DNA from: Mobula birostris
Lineage: Eukaryota
Length of the DNA: 64,000 nucleotides
Direction of reading: 5' to 3'
Assembly: GCF_030028105.1 (NCBI RefSeq)
Contig: NC_092374.1
Coordinates: 7,339,334 to 7,403,333, forward strand
The notes beneath the pieces were generated by a model. That model was not told the origin of the DNA, searched no databases, and saw only the letters and a list, made by a program, of their open reading frames with translations. Below, piece after piece: positions 63,624 through 64,000 of this stretch. The position numbers and the translations under genes are program-made. The first letter of the stretch is position 1. Every line of letters starts with the position of its first letter.

Positions 63624-64000
63624 TCCCCTCAGACCAAACCCAGTCTGTCCGATCTCCCCTCAGACCAAACCCAGTCCGTCCAATCTCCCCTCAGACCAAA
63701 CCCAGTCTGTCCGATCTCCCCTCAGACCAAACCCAGCCCGTCCGATCTCCCCTCAGAACAAACCCAGCCCGTCCGATCTCCCCTCAGACCAAACCCAGCC
63801 CGCCCGATCTCCCCTCAGACCAAACCCAGCTCGTCTGATCTCCCCTCAGACCAAACCCAGCCCGTCCGATCTCCCCTCAGAACAAACCCAGCCCGCCCGA
63901 TCTCCCCTCAGACCAAACCCAGCTCGTCTGATCTCCCCTCAGACCAAACCCAGTCCGTCCGATCTCCCCGCAGAACAAACCCAGTCCCTCCAATCTCCTC
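63624..64000. repeat. 31-bp minisatellite (ctcccctcagaccaaacccagcccgtccgat), runs off the right edge
   Basis: Period of 31 read directly; about 12 copies. Confidence 0.97.

Noticed and set aside
60131-64000. CRISPR-like arrays
   Set aside because: The repeats are head-to-tail with no unique spacers, and the context is eukaryotic with no cas genes.

Overview
Eukaryotic, repeat-dominated DNA. The mix of CR1, Rex/L2-type, Penelope, Gypsy and tRNA-SINE elements suggests a cartilaginous fish, probably a ray or skate; this is an inference and no database search was run. Most of the window is decayed, nested transposable elements plus a ~7.6 kb 40-bp minisatellite. The host-gene content I can support is three minus-strand exons with frame-compatible (phase-1) splice sites: a candidate signal-peptide exon (49543-49603, absent from the ORF track), a Siglec-15-like V-set Ig exon keeping the sialic-acid-binding Arg and the extra Cys pair (17669-18049), and a divergent V-set exon lacking both and carrying a long FG loop (3425-3814). 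Spliced together they give an open leader-V-V reading frame of 832 nt across introns of 31.5 kb and 13.9 kb. No C2-set, transmembrane or cytoplasmic exon was found, so these would lie left of the window. Nested insertions with target-site duplications, and a paralogous CR1 pair in which one copy preserves the empty sites, allow the intron expansion to be ordered. No rRNA, true tRNA genes or CRISPR arrays were found.
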